From: Lingula anatina
Lineage: Eukaryota > Animalia > Brachiopoda
DNA: 64,000 bases
Reading direction: 5' to 3'
NCBI GenBank assembly: GCA_051362555.1
Contig: CM120640.1
Location: 16,740,001-16,804,000, forward strand
In this document: one piece after another, positions 25,992 through 40,759 of the stretch
Position numbering within the stretch: position 1 is the first letter of the stretch
Layout of the letters: each line of letters opens with the position of its first letter
Notes under the pieces: model-generated
The model's database searches: none
Seen by the model: the letters and a program-made list of their open reading frames with translations, nothing else
Told to the model about the DNA's origin: nothing
Made by a program: the position numbers and the translations under genes

Positions 25992-28900
25992 GCAACTGTG
26001 GCAAATGTTCATGTCGTGATAGTCGAGGCTACAAACTTGAAAATGGTTGATAAAAAAGGTAAGCCTACAAGAAAGAGAGAGAGAGAGAAAGAGAGGTATT
26101 TGATCTGTAGTGATACTGTATAATATATATGGCAAGATAAGCAATTCTAATTAAAAGTGATTGAGAAGATATCAGGTGCATTACTCTCATCTCATGAGGT
26201 CTCATGGCCCAATATATTGGAATTAAATATCATTGTGTACTTTTTAATCAAGTTAATATGTGACAGCCTTGCTTATCAGTCTTTGTGATTGGTTGCTTTC
26301 CACCACAGTCTTGAGAGAAATATGTTAATATACGCAATTTTAACAAAAATCATCATAATAGTAAATTCTTTAGCGTTTTAATTAAGTATTTTTTAATAGT
26401 GAGGCCCAAGGTAAAGGAGGGTTGAGATGATCAAGAAATACTATTAAATGACAATCATTACAAGTAAATAGATAGGTACTTAGAAGAATAGATAGAGAGG
26501 AATAAATTAAAATTGGTAGCCAATTTAATCAGAAAGTATAGACAGGTGAATGAAATAAATTTTGACACCTGATTTTATTTTCTGTTCCAGGAAGCAATGA
26601 CCCCTACTGCGTTCTAGGTCTAGTCCAACAGGGGTCCTCTAATCTTGATATAGATAAAGAACAGTGGGCACAGGGGTCCCCAAAGAATTCCCCACTTCCT
26701 TCTCGTAAACTAAAACAAAGGCAGCCCTCTTTGGAATGCAGTGATGCCTACAAGACGCAAACTATCAAGGGCACCTTGTCACCCAGGTGGAATGAGGAAT
26801 TCATACTGTAAGTTGGAAAAATTCAATAAAAAAAAAAAAAAAGAGAAAAAAAATGTCAAGGTGTGTGTGCAAAATTGGGCTTGTTTTGAACTTTGGGATT
26901 TTATGAAAATTGAAGCCTTCTCACTAACAAATTGCTGATTTGCTGCTTTAAAAGATCCTCATTAACTTCATCTTCAATCAAAAATGAACCCCTTCCCCAG
27001 TTGAAAATATATTTAACACTCATATAGACATGTACAAAACACTTTTCAAGATGTGCTTTTCGATACTCTGAAACAAATTTTTGGGCTTATATTAAGTTAC
27101 AAGGTTACCATGGACCCTAGATGTCATTCTTTTATTGCCCTACCTCAAACTGTGGTCACCATTGTGTGCGTGCGTTGTTGTGGTTAGCATTTTTCATCAG
27201 TGTTGAGGTCAACCATAATTACATGGATACCTCACCTAGCACCTAGAAACATAGTTATCCCTCTATTTACCAATAATCATTCTTTATGGAATTACAAACC
27301 TATTAATTAAACTGTTTTCAAGGTCAAATACCAGTTATACCATGAAACGTCAAAGTAACCCAGTTGACCTTGAGAGTACTTTGAAGGACAATATTTTTCT
27401 GGACAGTAGTAAATAGCAGCTTATTTATCAAGTAGAGTGGGTGTTTAAATTTCATTTCACTTCAATAACACTATCACAAATATGCTGAAAATGGTGTATG
27501 TATCAAAAGCAATAAAGAATAATTTAATTTCAGCCCAGTTCATAATTTGCCCAAAGAAGAACTTCATGTATATCTTTGGAATCATGATGGAGGTTGTCGC
27601 TGCTGCTCAAGTGAAGCACCGTGTCATAAAAAACCTTCAGGATTCAAAAAGTGAGCATCTACTTTTTAGTTTTAATCTTTCAAATAACCATTGTAAGACG
27701 ATAATTTAAGGCAACATTTTATTTCATAAATTAACATTAAAGAAATATTTAGAATTTCAAGTGTGTGATTTTGCTTTTTTTTTCTTTTGTTTGTTTTTTG
27801 ATTCACATTTTAAAACTTGGGAATCAAGCTGCCCAGATTTTGTAATATTGAGAAATAAGATTTGTATTATTATAAAATCATGTTTTCTTTTTTAGTTTCT
27901 TGAAGGCTATCAAGCACAATCTTGAAAACAGCCATCACTTTGATGATCTCATGGGTATGGTGGCAGTGCCACTCAAGGTATTTTATTTATTTTTTGAATT
28001 TGAAAAAAAAATTATGACTGGATTTGAATTTTTTTACAGCATATTACTATATAATAATTTCAGAATGAGCATCTGATACCATGGCATTACCTATATTTAT
28101 AGAATGTATATTATCTATAAAGAAAAAAATTGCTGATGATATTAAAATGAGAATCTTGTAAAACTATTTCATTGAGAATTATCTTAAAATTGGCAACTGT
28201 TTCAGGATTTGAGCACAACTCCCATTGATAGGTGGTTTGACATGAAGAAGCATGGAAATTCACAGAATAACCAGCATGGCCGCCTTCGACTGCAGCTTAA
28301 CCTTATTCCCACACAGGTAGCATCCTGGAACAACATAGCACACCTCATCAATTATCAGCCAGATTTAGGACAAAAATCTCGAGTCATGTTTTGAATCAAT
28401 AAAGTTATCAAGTAGGAAGGGGGCCATATACAGCATATCAAGTCCACTTATCTTGCTTTATTGTATAGACATGAATGACTTGGGTATCTCTGAAGGTGCT
28501 CTGTTAAGATCAGGAAGTAAACCAGGTTTATTTATCTGAAGAGCTATGCGCATAATATACATTAAACAGGTCTGTAATGTTGTAGGCCTCTAAATATAGT
28601 GAAAAAATGTGAGTGATAAATATCATCATAGCCCTCACATTTCTATTTTATTACACTGTTGTTGGATTTTGTTTGTTTGTTTGTTTGTTTACTCTGAACT
28701 CTCCTTTTGGTTTAATGGTGAGATTTACAAAGCTTGATACATAAGTGACCAACACAAAATTTTATAAGATAAGACTTATTTTAGTGTATTTTTTCAGAGA
28801 GAAGATGACCAGTGCTCTTTAGAAGACTATTATGAGGTAGTGGAAAAAATGTACAATCATGCAGCTGAGTACAAGAATGAAGAAGACATAGTAGAACTCT

Positions 28901-31900
28901 CAGCAGCAACCAAGAAAATTTTAGAGAAGTTTGCAGATAGGAATAATATCTCTCGAATGACACAATGCCTAATGTAAGTCAGTTGTTTTATAGACAATAT
29001 TTATTTCATTGTTTTTCAATTTGTTCGTGTTTCTTTTTTTTGTCTATGATTGAAAACATCTCCATCTAACAGTCTTCTTGTCAACATATTTATATGTTGG
29101 AAAATGGTGCCCAAAGTGATATTTAAACAAAATAATTAAAAACCTTTCACAATGTCCCACAACAGTAATATTCTTTGGCACTTGACATGTTTAAATGTTT
29201 CATTATCGATAATAACTTCTTTTGATTGTAGAGAATTGGTATTATTTCTTGAGTGGACAGCATCCAGTGAAAAGCCCAGTTTTACTGACCGCCAAATTTC
29301 TGGTGCCATGATCTCAATGGAACAAGCCTTGATTCAGCTTAGACCGCTGGGAGCAGTTTGTACAGAGACAGAGGTATGGATTGATGAGAAATATTTTTGA
29401 TTAAAATCTTAAGACGTTAAAACAGCCACTGTTCCAAAACACCTGTGTTGTTGTGAGCAATCACATCTTTTAACATTCTGTGGCTGATGACATGCAAATT
29501 TAAGAAGGTTTTAAAATACTCTTATGGCATCTCAGCATGTAACTTTAGGATATGGTAAGATATGCATACATTTCTTAGATGTCTATTTTTTTCCCACAAA
29601 TTTGAAAATAATATACAGAAATTGGTCTATATGTACTTAATATTTATTGTAATATTACACGAGTTCTGATACCATATTAGACAAAATAATTATAACTGCA
29701 TCTGTAAATCTTTTCAGTTGTCTATGTTTTTGAGAGCTTGCCAGTCCTACACACAGCATTATCTTTACTCCCTGGCACAATTGCCACAAGTGTTTCCTCC
29801 AGACACTGCGCACTTTGAACAACTGGCAGCCCAGCTCAGGTAAGACAGCTAAAAATGCAAAATCTCAAAGACTCATCTTAAAAGACTTCACTATTATTTC
29901 ATCTTGATGTGATAATTATATTTTTATCACAACTTTTTTATGTATCAAGATCAGAATAATCTATAATATGTTTTACATCATGTAAAGTTCAAATAAAAAA
30001 ATAAAAGAAAGTGTTGTAAAATGATATGTATTGTTTGCCTTTTCAGTTTAATACTGAGACTCATCCATTTAAAAATTGACAGCAGTGGATCTGCCTTTGC
30101 ACCACTGAAAGATCGTATCCATGCACAAATACAGGTTGGTGAGCAGACATTGCAATATTTCTTTTACAAAATTGGTAATAATATTTTTTTTACTTTCTTT
30201 GTGATTATAAATCTTAAATGGATAAAATACAATAACTTATCTACAGATCAATGATTGTGAAGTTCTGTAACTTGAACCTGACTTCATATTTTAGTCTGAT
30301 GTCAATACTTGGATCGAGGCGAAAGCAGATGAAATCAGGTCTGATCAGATTGATAGTGTAATACCAGAGACAGCAGGTCTGGTTGAACTCATAGATGAGG
30401 CTTGCATCTTGTCAACTCCTACAACAGCTCACAAAGAGTTTTTTCTCAGTATGGGCATTGACTATTTCAAGCATGTGTCCCTGGCAATGGATAGAATCGT
30501 AAGTTTGTGTGTCTGCTGATTTTTTTCGTAATCAACATTTGATTAAAATTTATTTTCAGTTCAAAGTGATTTGATAAGATTTTATGTCTTTCTTAGAATT
30601 ATTTAAAACTTTTACAAAAAAAAAAAAATTACTTAAATTTACTCAATGAATATTGGAAACATGTTTCTAATGAAATTCATTTTCTCTTCAGTTTTCCTGT
30701 AAGGCACAAGCATTGATGCTACAGATGAATAAGTATTTATTTCGATACCAAAAGTTTGCAGACAATGTGAACAGGGCCAGCAAGATATCCCTCAAGTTGT
30801 ACCTGCACCTGAAAAAACTACATGAGTCAGTGAAAAGCAACTGCAGTAGCAGGTAATGGCAAAAAAATTAACAGTTCTGTACAAATTCTTTCAGCTGTTC
30901 ACTGAGACTTGGAAAAATATTTTTATTTTATTTTTCCTAGTTATAAGAACTAGTAATACTTCTTGAAAAAAATAAGTGAAGGTAAAAATTGTATGATATA
31001 CTTCATGGACAGACATTCTCAGAGTTTGTGATGGTGTTTTTTTAATGTGCACAACATAATTATGCTAATCATTTTCCTCTTATTCAAACATTTCTCATTC
31101 CAGAGATCTTTTCAAGATGTCATTGAGGGACTATACTGAATGGTTCAAGGATGCTGTGATATTTTGGTTGCAGACATTTAAAATTGAGTGTGACAAAAGA
31201 ATAGAAAAATCTCTGGAAATAGACAGAGATGTAAGTTAGGAATGGATTTGGTTGTAGTTTTATAATAACTCCTTTATGCAATTACAAAGCTCCTTTCTGT
31301 ACGTTTTAAAATATTTTAAAGATAAAAAGGATGCATAATTATAACATTAAGAAACTCCTACCCATTTCAATTTATCATATACATGCCACTGAGATCATAA
31401 TTGAAAAATACTAATTTCTAAATTTTTGTTATATTTCAGTTTGTCCCTGTTACATCTCTTGTGAAATATTCCAACTCTTCAGTGGATGTGCTCTCTTGTT
31501 TTGCAAAGGTAAACCAATATCACTTGTAGACATCAAATCATCTTCCATCAAAGAAGATACAGTTAATGTTTTTACTCTTAGCCAACCCAATGATTACACA
31601 GTTTGATTTTACTGCTTTAAAGGTGTCATAGGTGATTACTTCATTATTTTATCAAATTAATTTTATTTTGTCAAAGGTTACACAATAATCTCTCTATACA
31701 CATTATGGCAAAAACACAGTGCTATGAGAAGAATTTCATGTAGTTCAGTCAGCGCAGACTTTAATGGTCCCGTTGTTTGCTTCTTAGATTACTGCAGAGT
31801 GGAACCAAATATGTTTTGGCGATGCAGATTCCTTTGTGATGGGAGTGACAAAGATCACAGATGTAAGTAACAGATACGTATGGGTGGTGTATTTGATATG

Positions 31901-31904
31901 CACA

Positions 31905-31936
<32 letters not shown>

Positions 31937-34488
31937 GCAGGAAGCATAGAGTGTATATCACATACACCTTGCTGAGTAGTAGTGTTTCTGACCTATATCT
32001 AGCAGATGGCAGGAACAAAGGGCCCTGATGTGATGTAACTCGCATTCATGCTTGAAGTCTGTGTATCCCAGATACCCTGCATCCTGTTCTTTTGTTCTTA
32101 TCATCCACCATGGTAAATAAGTTGGCTTAGGTTACTAGTTGTTTTTGTTAGAAGTACTGTTAGAAAAAAACTTATGACACCAAAATATAATGCTGTCTTA
32201 AAAGGCAAAATAGCACAAAGGACCAATGTTTTATGTATTTAAGGTTGGTTTGTTTATGAGGTAGATGAAAAAGATCAGCATTTTATAACTTTCAAGAATA
32301 AAAAAAACACAATAAGGCTGATAACATGAAGAACAGCTTCCCACTGGAATAAAAACATTGTGTTGACAAGGAGCACAAAGGTCTGGGACATAAACATCAT
32401 CATCCATTGTGTTCTTACATCACTTTGTCTCTATTTATCATTATGACTGTACAAAATAATCATAAAATTTACAGTTTAAAATCTATTCATGAACTGTTTT
32501 TTTATTTAGACAATTTGTGATGGAGCCAGAAGATATGCTGATAAAATAAGCTGCATATTAGAGAGAAATGGTTATTATGACAAAGACAGAGAGGCATTTG
32601 ATATTACAGATCAGGTAATTAAAGCAAAAGCTTTCTGTCTCTTGTACAAAATTCGAAAATCAGTCATGCTTGTATAAATGACCACGATATTGTTTTAAAA
32701 CTTTTTAAAACGTACAATAACATAAACTATGTAGTAACTCCATAGTTAGTCTCAGCAGTGGCCTGATGGTTGCCAGCTGGTCCTCTACATGTTCACTGAA
32801 GAGGATGGGATTCATAATAAATAAAGAGATAATTTTTTTACCTAGTTACATTTTATATCTCAATTTAACACATTTTGATTGTTTTGTTCTTTATTACAGC
32901 TTTGCATCACTCTCAATAACATAGAGCATGTAAGGCAGTACTTGAAGGAACTTCCTGCGTTACTGCGCTGGACAGAGGTTGTGGAGGCTGTCTCACTAAA
33001 ACATGAGTCTGACTCTATTGGCAGAAAAACTGAGCGCACACTTCATCGGTATGTCCAACGGTATCTTATTTTTTAAATTATGATGTTTTACCAGGGGCGG
33101 ATTTAGGCCGTCTTCTGGGTCTTCCGGAAGACGGTCAGATTTTTAAGTTTACATTGACGGGTATCTAATATTTTCTGTCAGAAGACGGTCAAAAATTGAG
33201 GACGAATTAACAAAGATAATTTGGAAGACTGTCAGAAAATATCTCTGGATCCGACCCTGGTTTTACAACATACAAATACACTAGCTTGAGCTTCAGACCC
33301 ACAGTAGTCCAGTTTCTTTACTTTCAAATTTCCATGTATGTTATCTGATTAGCTTGGAGATTTGAAAATGAAAAAGCTGGAACACATCCACTTTGAAACT
33401 CTGGATATATATCACATAAAGGTAATATGACCAATGGTTCTCAACCAAGGAAAAATCTAAACTTTATGTATTTATTATCACTGACTTTACATATTTGTGA
33501 TTTTGATTACAGGCTAAGGAAAACAGCAAGCAGTGACTTGCTGATGAAAAGTGACCAGTTATTACAGAAGATAGCCGAGCGAATGAGTTCAGATATCAGG
33601 CGCCATATTGCTGTATTCACAAATGTTCCCACTACAGAGACTGACAAGAAAGGGAAAGAAAAACCACATAGTGGTGTAAGTTGCACTAAGAGAAAAATAA
33701 TGAAAGAAAATTTAAAAAAAATAAAGATATTGATTATGTAGAATCACAACTCTATAACCAAGCTTGCATCCTGGTAATTCATTCGAAACACTAGAAGCAT
33801 AAAATATCCATGTATAAGTATCTTTCAGTGTCAAATTCAGTTTCCCCAAGATACCACTGTGGTAAACCTGTGATAGGTATCAATTCTATATAATTGTGCA
33901 AAACAATGCCATTTATGATTTTCTTTTGTTGTATCCTATCCAGCATGCTACAGACTCTCTCCTCCTGTACATCGACAGCAACTTACAGACTCTGTATGAA
34001 CGCCTTTTGTCATCAGTGTACCCTCACATAATGGCGGCTATATGGAAGGTCATAGTGCGCTGCATTGATGAGGACTTGCTGAATGGGGTGAGATTTTATG
34101 ACTTATTATCTATACATTGGGGGTGGAAATGAAGCTCCCTTTTTTGCCTCTGTTCCTAAAGTTTTTAGTTTAATAATTTATTTGACTGTTTTGGCTTTTT
34201 TTGTCTAGCATTTCAAGTGATATTGGTATCTCAGCAAAAATGTATAATAGTAATGACAATGCTATCAAAAATTGATAAATAATTTTTATAAATGAGTTTA
34301 GTACAATATAGCAAACTAAGTAACTGCAGTATTCATATATGAATTTGTATTTACAAACTGAAAAAAGTCTGAATGCTAATGTAAGGGTGGCATGTATATT
34401 TCTCTTAAACTTTATTTCAATTGATTAATTAATGTTTTTCTTTTATTTCAGCAACACCCAGATTATTATACCCAAATTCAAAAGGTCA

Positions 34489-34535
<47 letters not shown>

Positions 34536-36583
34536 TAAAGTTATTTTATGAAAGTCTGGAAAAATTCCAGTCCATTGGCTTAAACAGAAAGTAGTTTCTC
34601 TTCAAGCATAAACATAATAATAATTTAACTTTTCACAATTCTCCTTTCAAAAACCCAATTAAATGGAATTCATACAAATGAACCATTTTATATTTCAGTA
34701 TGTTGATATTCTTCACAGTTACTTCACCCAAAATGGAATGCAATATGTAGACATAGATGGTTGCTATGGTAACTTGAGAGATCGTCTGCAGCTGAACTCC
34801 TGCTCTACTGAGGAGATTATACTGCAGCACTTTCAATCTTTGGCAGATGATGTGGTGAGTTCTGCTGGACAGGACACATTTTTTTCATAAAATGGAAAAA
34901 GTAACAGGAGCACATATATTTTATCTTATCAACCCATGAGTTAATAATTTTAGAGTTAATTACCTATCAGAAATTTACTTAATTAATTTAAGAGTGATTT
35001 TCTTTAAATACAGTGAATTTAGGATTCAATTGCAATTTGAATTGCAATTTAGGAAGGCAACTAATTTATCCCAATTACTTTGGTATCAGAGCACTCCTGT
35101 CTTTGAATCTTATGGTCAAGTAGCCATGAAGGTGGGATATATGGAGGAGACACATGGGGTGGTCACACTGTTTGTCAAAGGTACAGAATTTTTCTCTTTA
35201 ACCAAAAAAATTAAAATATCAATTTAGCAGATAAGGCTAATATTTAAAAGATTAAAATTGTATTTTAAAGCAAATATTTAAGGTAAATAATGTAAAGTGA
35301 AATGCTACATTTTTTTCTAAATGAAAAGGAACAATATTTTTTGAACAATTGATTGATAACTGTATGGATGCAATTAGATTACTGATACGTTAATGTGGCC
35401 TAAATGACGGCGTTCTGTTAAATGGACATCTGCTAAAAAGCAACTTGTGTTTCCAATGGAGTTGACACAGAAATTAAGTTGACATAATGTCTTTCCAGTA
35501 ATAAGTTGCACAAACTTGCCTGGTTTGGACAGAAATGGACTAAGTGACCCCTATGTAGCTCTAGATCTCCAACCAAGAACATTGTTCCCAGAGGTGAAAA
35601 CCCAGAAAACACGGGTAGTGATGGCTAATCTCAACCCAGTTTACAATGAAATATTTGTATTGTAAGTATTTAATTTTATCATGCCTTTTCAGTAAAAAAA
35701 TATCGGAAAGATGGTTGTTATTAAGATGGAAATTTTTTCATGTGGTTTTCTCACTCTTAGTGAATAAAATAAATTTTACTTGCTATAGAGAAAGGAGTAA
35801 CTTGGCATCTTCAAACAGGACCTATATGAAATCCAATAACATGGAAAATGGTTTTAAATTATTTATATATTATATTCTGAAATATCATTTTCCTGTACAC
35901 ATTTTTCAGTCATGGTATTCGTAAGGACATGATGTCAAAACCTGGAGCCTGCCTGCAGATGACCATAATGGATTTTGACTGCTTAGTGGCAGATGACTTT
36001 GCTGGAGAAGTCTTGGTCTCTTTATCCTCTATTAACCCCATGGCCTTCAATGAACATGTGGAGGACCAGCCAGTCATCATAAGGTCACTACTGAGACCAA
36101 CTGGACATTGTCAGGAGCTTAAGGTAAATAATTTCATTTCAATTTTGCATATTATGCGTTGAAAAGATATTGTAAAAAACCAGAGACTTTTGTTATTCTT
36201 CATTAAATTGTATTCATGAATGTTATTTTCTAAACTGGTTTTATTTTAAAACCTCCCCCTTTGCCCTTTATGCTAAATACCATGAAAACCTAAAATATGA
36301 TCCTAGTTCTAATAATAATAATAACTGCTTGTTTTTTGTATAAATTCAAAAATACTGAAAATGATACAGTATTTAATAAGAGTTAATCATTTAGGTGATG
36401 GAAGCAAGAGTTTCATGGGATGATGCTGCAAAGACTTTCTTAGCAGAAAGGCACAACGTGATTTACAATCAACCAGAGAGAACAGATCAGAAAGATGTCA
36501 TGGTAACAGTCACAGGAAGTCCCAGTCTCAGCACACTCACAAGCAATCTTCTCAGTTTCTTTGGTGGAAGTTCCAAAAACTGA
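25992..36583 (+). CDS. BAIAP3: BAI1-associated protein 3-like / Munc13-4 family (C2A-MUN-C2B) vesicle priming/trafficking protein, multi-exon
   Basis: In-frame GT-AG exons: 25992-26058, 26591-26807, 27534-27650, 27896-27977, 28206-28316, 28798-28973, 29232-29373, 29718-29839, 30047-30134, 30295-30498, 30692-30852, 31104-31230, 31440-31508, 31788-31862, 32510-32614, 32900-33048, 33513-33675, 33944-34087, 34452-34484, 34699-34854, 35090-35180, 35499-35661, 35910-36123, 36395-36583 (TGA). C2A: [24 protein letters not shown]...[10 protein letters not shown]...DDLMG...IDRWF. MUN: [26 protein letters not shown]2B: [14 protein letters not shown]...LNPVYNEIF...[15 protein letters not shown]. Family assignment is from recalled motifs; exact orthology (BAIAP3 vs UNC13D) is not resolved. 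Confidence 0.88.
33092..33259. mobile_element. Short hAT-like MITE in a BAIAP3-like intron
   Basis: Termini caggggcggat...atccgaccctg. GTTTTAC is directly repeated on both flanks. Internal GAAGAC(G/T)GTCA motifs are repeated. Confidence 0.75.
34490..34532. repeat. (AT)n microsatellite
   Basis: AT run just downstream of a splice donor. Confidence 0.95.
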
Positions 36584-37153
36584 TCCAGTTTGACAGAAGT
36601 TTCATGGAAAATATTTATAATTTGACTTTAGAATATTATAAGAGGCTGCATGATAGCACCAGTAGCTGTAATCAAATCAACCTCAATGAAAAAAATATTA
36701 TTTGAGTACCAAAATTGCCAACTATATTTTAGAAATCTTTCTGAAGATTGCCTGAGGAGAAAAAACCTTTCTGGAGATAATTTCATTCACGTCAATTGGA
36801 ATAAGTTTCTTACATTGGCAAATACAATCATGTGAGTGATCTTTTTTAAACTGAAGGGCAATTTTATCTTTAACCCAAAAATTAAATTAAAACTATTTGA
36901 AAGGTATACTTTCATTTGGCTGACAGGGCCCATAAAAAATCCCTGAGCTGCCTTTCTTCCAATATATATACAGAGATGAAGGTTTTACTCAATCAGTTTA
37001 GTAGCTCTAGCTTAGACTTAGTTGTGATATTGCCAATTAAACTGTTGTTTTGTTGAGAGTAAGTTGGAGAGTTTAAAATAACATTATTAGATGATATTAT
37101 ACAGTATTTTTTTAAAAATTATTGTAACCATCAAGCAGTAATGTAACCATTTG

Positions 37154-37709
37154 TACCCCGTTCACACAACAGTTATTTATTCAAATAAATAGCAAATTAG
37201 GTCCCGATTCGAATAATTGTAGTAGTCTGAACGCGTGAGGATTTTTTGTTAAGCGGATTTTCAAAATCCTGCTAGCGAGCTGGATTTTCTTAAGCGATTC
37301 GAATAACTTACCGGAATCGACACCTGTACAGATCTTACTGCGCATGTGTGCAGATAAGTGCGGGTATCTATGAACACTTGTTTATTACTTTAGCGATTGC
37401 ACCAAATGTATTTGGAGGTCACCACTCACAACAACATGAGGAAACATAAACTTATTTTGCGATCTTATACTTCCCAAGAATGCTGGAATGTGTTTTGAGT
37501 TGCATTTGCCGTCACAAATTTTTGTTGGTATTTTGAGTTTTCCTGTGTGGCGCATGCGCGAGTGTTCAAAACAGGAAGTTAAACCTGAAAATTTCAACAT
37601 GGGATTCGGTTTGGCTTCGCGTGTGTGAACGCAATACCGAATCGAATTCCTCACAAAAAATTTGAATTATAGTAATGCGCATTTTTGCAACTGTAGTGTG
37701 AATGGGGTA
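37154..37709. mobile_element. ~555-bp MITE (copy 1), in the presumptive BAIAP3-like 3' UTR
   Basis: TIR taccccgttcacac...gtgtgaatggggta, flanked by TTG on both sides (a TA TSD is an alternative reading). It is a full-length inverted homolog of 60909-61461. Confidence 0.9.
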
Positions 37710-39457
37710 TTGGTCACCTTTGTGATGCAAACAGTACTTCCCAGCAGACACATCAAGTTGGTACCAAGTGGTATAATGTGGTAGCAACGTGCTAGCCACG
37801 TGATCCAAACAAGATGTGTTACAATACTTACATGCTGGGTTCATAGTTGATTAGGTGCATGTTTTTTTAATCATGTAAATACTTTCTATTTCATTTTTAA
37901 TGTGTTTTTCTGTTAAGAATCTGAGAAAATGTCAGCTTGAGACATTTTTTTATCTAAAAAAGTTTTTTATCTTTAATTGCAAATGATATCTGATACAGGT
38001 TTTCAGCTGCACAAATTAATTTTAGTATTTTATAATGATAATTTTACAATTTAAAGTATCTCAGCTTTTTAGAAATGCATCCAGACTTTTGCAGCAGTAA
38101 GACTTATACATTGGTGCCATTTCAGCATTTGAACAAATGTTTTCATTGCAGTATTAATATGTATTATTGTCCACTATACTTTGTAATGTATTTTTTAGTC
38201 TGTCTAAATGTTAGTTTTTGTTCCAAGTTATCTGAGGAAGTTAATTTTATAAGGAGTGTCACTGTTTTGTGTATACCTAGTTTCATTAAAAATGCACAGG
38301 CGAGACAAAAGTTTTTTTTGTCATCAGTTATGGTTTGTTTTTTCATATTGTACAAGTCAGGATATTTTGCACAAATTATGATATTCTAGGACTTGCTATC
38401 AATGTAAACAACTTATGTCATGTCTGTTTGTTACTCATAAAATGTTAAATAAATAGAAATGTGCAATGTATCTACCAAATTATACTTTTTTTTGACCCAT
38501 GTGATGTTAATGATGTTAAGTTCAAAATGTTAAACAAGTTAAAAAGTAAATCACCAGACTTGTAAGTCTTCATTGGCCTCATTGCCTTATTTAAAGAAAA
38601 TTGACTCACTGAAAGTGTCTCTTTTTATTACAGCCACGGAATAGTCACAATTAATTGAGTATTGTTGAGGGAATGGTGTCTAATGTTTGCACATAGGGTG
38701 CCATTGCTGAAAAAATCAAATGAAAGTCTGTGCTTTGTCAGTAAAATGTAAAAATCTTGCTAAATATATAACCACAATGAAGATACAGGAAGATTTTGTA
38801 TTTTTGTGTATTTGGAAATAAATGTTCCATAAACGATGGAAGTTATGAGTGATGAGGTGTGTATTCAGTGATTAATACTTCAAAACATTTTAAATAATGT
38901 TAAACATTGTTTACTACATGGAGCCTTTTGGTCTTCTCTTCTCTATCTCACCATGTTCATTGTCTACTACATGAATCTTTTGTCTCACATTTCACATTCC
39001 CTTTTTTTTCTGTCATTTGTGGGGCATTTACACACAGGGCCCCATTTATTTCACACAGTACACATATTCTATCTAATTTTTCTGAAGTTCAATTTGTTTC
39101 AGAGTTAAACTTGTTAATGCTAAACCACCTTTCCCAATTCTTTGGGAAATTTACATGTTATTTACTTATCATTTATGTACCAAAACACAAATAGTTTCTT
39201 GCAACAAATATTGCTAACTGCCAGCCTGCTTCTGTTTAACACTCTTTTTCATCATTATGATTAGGAGTTTACACTGGTCAGGAAAGTAATAAATAGTATT
39301 CCTGTGTAGGTCAATATCTGTCTGTAAACATACATCCACCAGTCCGTACCTTTAATCCATCTTTTTTATGTAATATGTAGACGAGAACATACCATAGTCC
39401 TTGACGGATAGTACTTGATAAATCACAACAGTCATTCAGCACCAAAAAGAAGACTCA

Positions 39458-40713
39458 CTATGTTTTCCTCTCTTTCACAAACAGTTTAATGCCATGCTTT
39501 GCTCTCAAGACAGCATCTGGTTGGTAAGTGTAGTCATGATCTGGGTCCAACTCCAAATGAAATCTAAGATATAGAAACAAAAATTGAAATTATATCTACT
39601 AACTATGTACCCTATTTAATCAGTAGAGCTCTTATTCTTATTCAAGAAGTTGATTATGGTAAAGAATTAGAAACTTGATAGTGAACCAGCGAACATATGT
39701 TTGAATCTGTGAAAGAAACCACACCCTCCTACTGATCAAGCAATCTGATTTACGATAACTAAATTTACACATGGGTATAAATAAACCTCTTTTGAATATA
39801 GTTTTTTAACACAGTACACAGTATGCAATGATGCCATAGTTTCAAATATGAAAGAGATCCACAAATAACTTACCTGTGTATTATTCTTGCCACCATTACT
39901 TTTAGTTCATTCATAGCAAAGTGCTTCCCAATGCAATTCCTGTGTTACAATGGATAAATATTTTAAATTTGTAGAATCTACAGGCTTCTTTTCATTGAAG
40001 GTTTTTTGGACAAGCTTGCAATCATAGTAGTCAAACAAAACAATGACAAAGCCTGCATCAATGTCAGATACTGAGCTCTTGCCTTATAGTTTACAGCGGC
40101 AATTCAAAACTTCCTAATGCAGACACAAGCTGGCAGAGCCATAGAAATGACAAGCCGATAGTTTCCTCAAAGTTTACTTTATTAATAAGTCCTATTTTAT
40201 CAAATGCTGATTGCTTGTCAAAAATATACCATAACTTAACATACAGTAACTTAAAACATCACCTTTTTTATAGAAAAATTGCAAAGATGCCCAAGACTGC
40301 ATTCCCACAGATTTCAATCGATCCATCTGGATCGACCTAACTCCCTGGGGGTTCACGCTAAATTTCTGTCAGCCGAGCGTGCAAGAAAGGTAATTACCCC
40401 TTACAGCTTTTAGCAGGCAGGACAAACATTCAAGCCAGCTAAGCCGACAGCAATCTAGTGAGACTCCCCACAGGGATAGATCGATCTAAAAATCTGTGGG
40501 AATGCAGTCTTATCTTATACCCAAATAAACTGTTTACCTTGGACCTGCAGAAAATGGAATGTATGCAAAGGGGTCCATGTGTTCCATATTTTCAGGTAAA
40601 AATCTTTCAGGTTGGAATTCCTAGGTAAAATTTACAAAAGCATGTAACAGAGTGGACAGAACAGTAAGCTTTCCAACTTGCCACATTTGGTTAATAGTTA
40701 GTGAAGTTAAATT

Positions 40714-40759
<46 letters not shown>

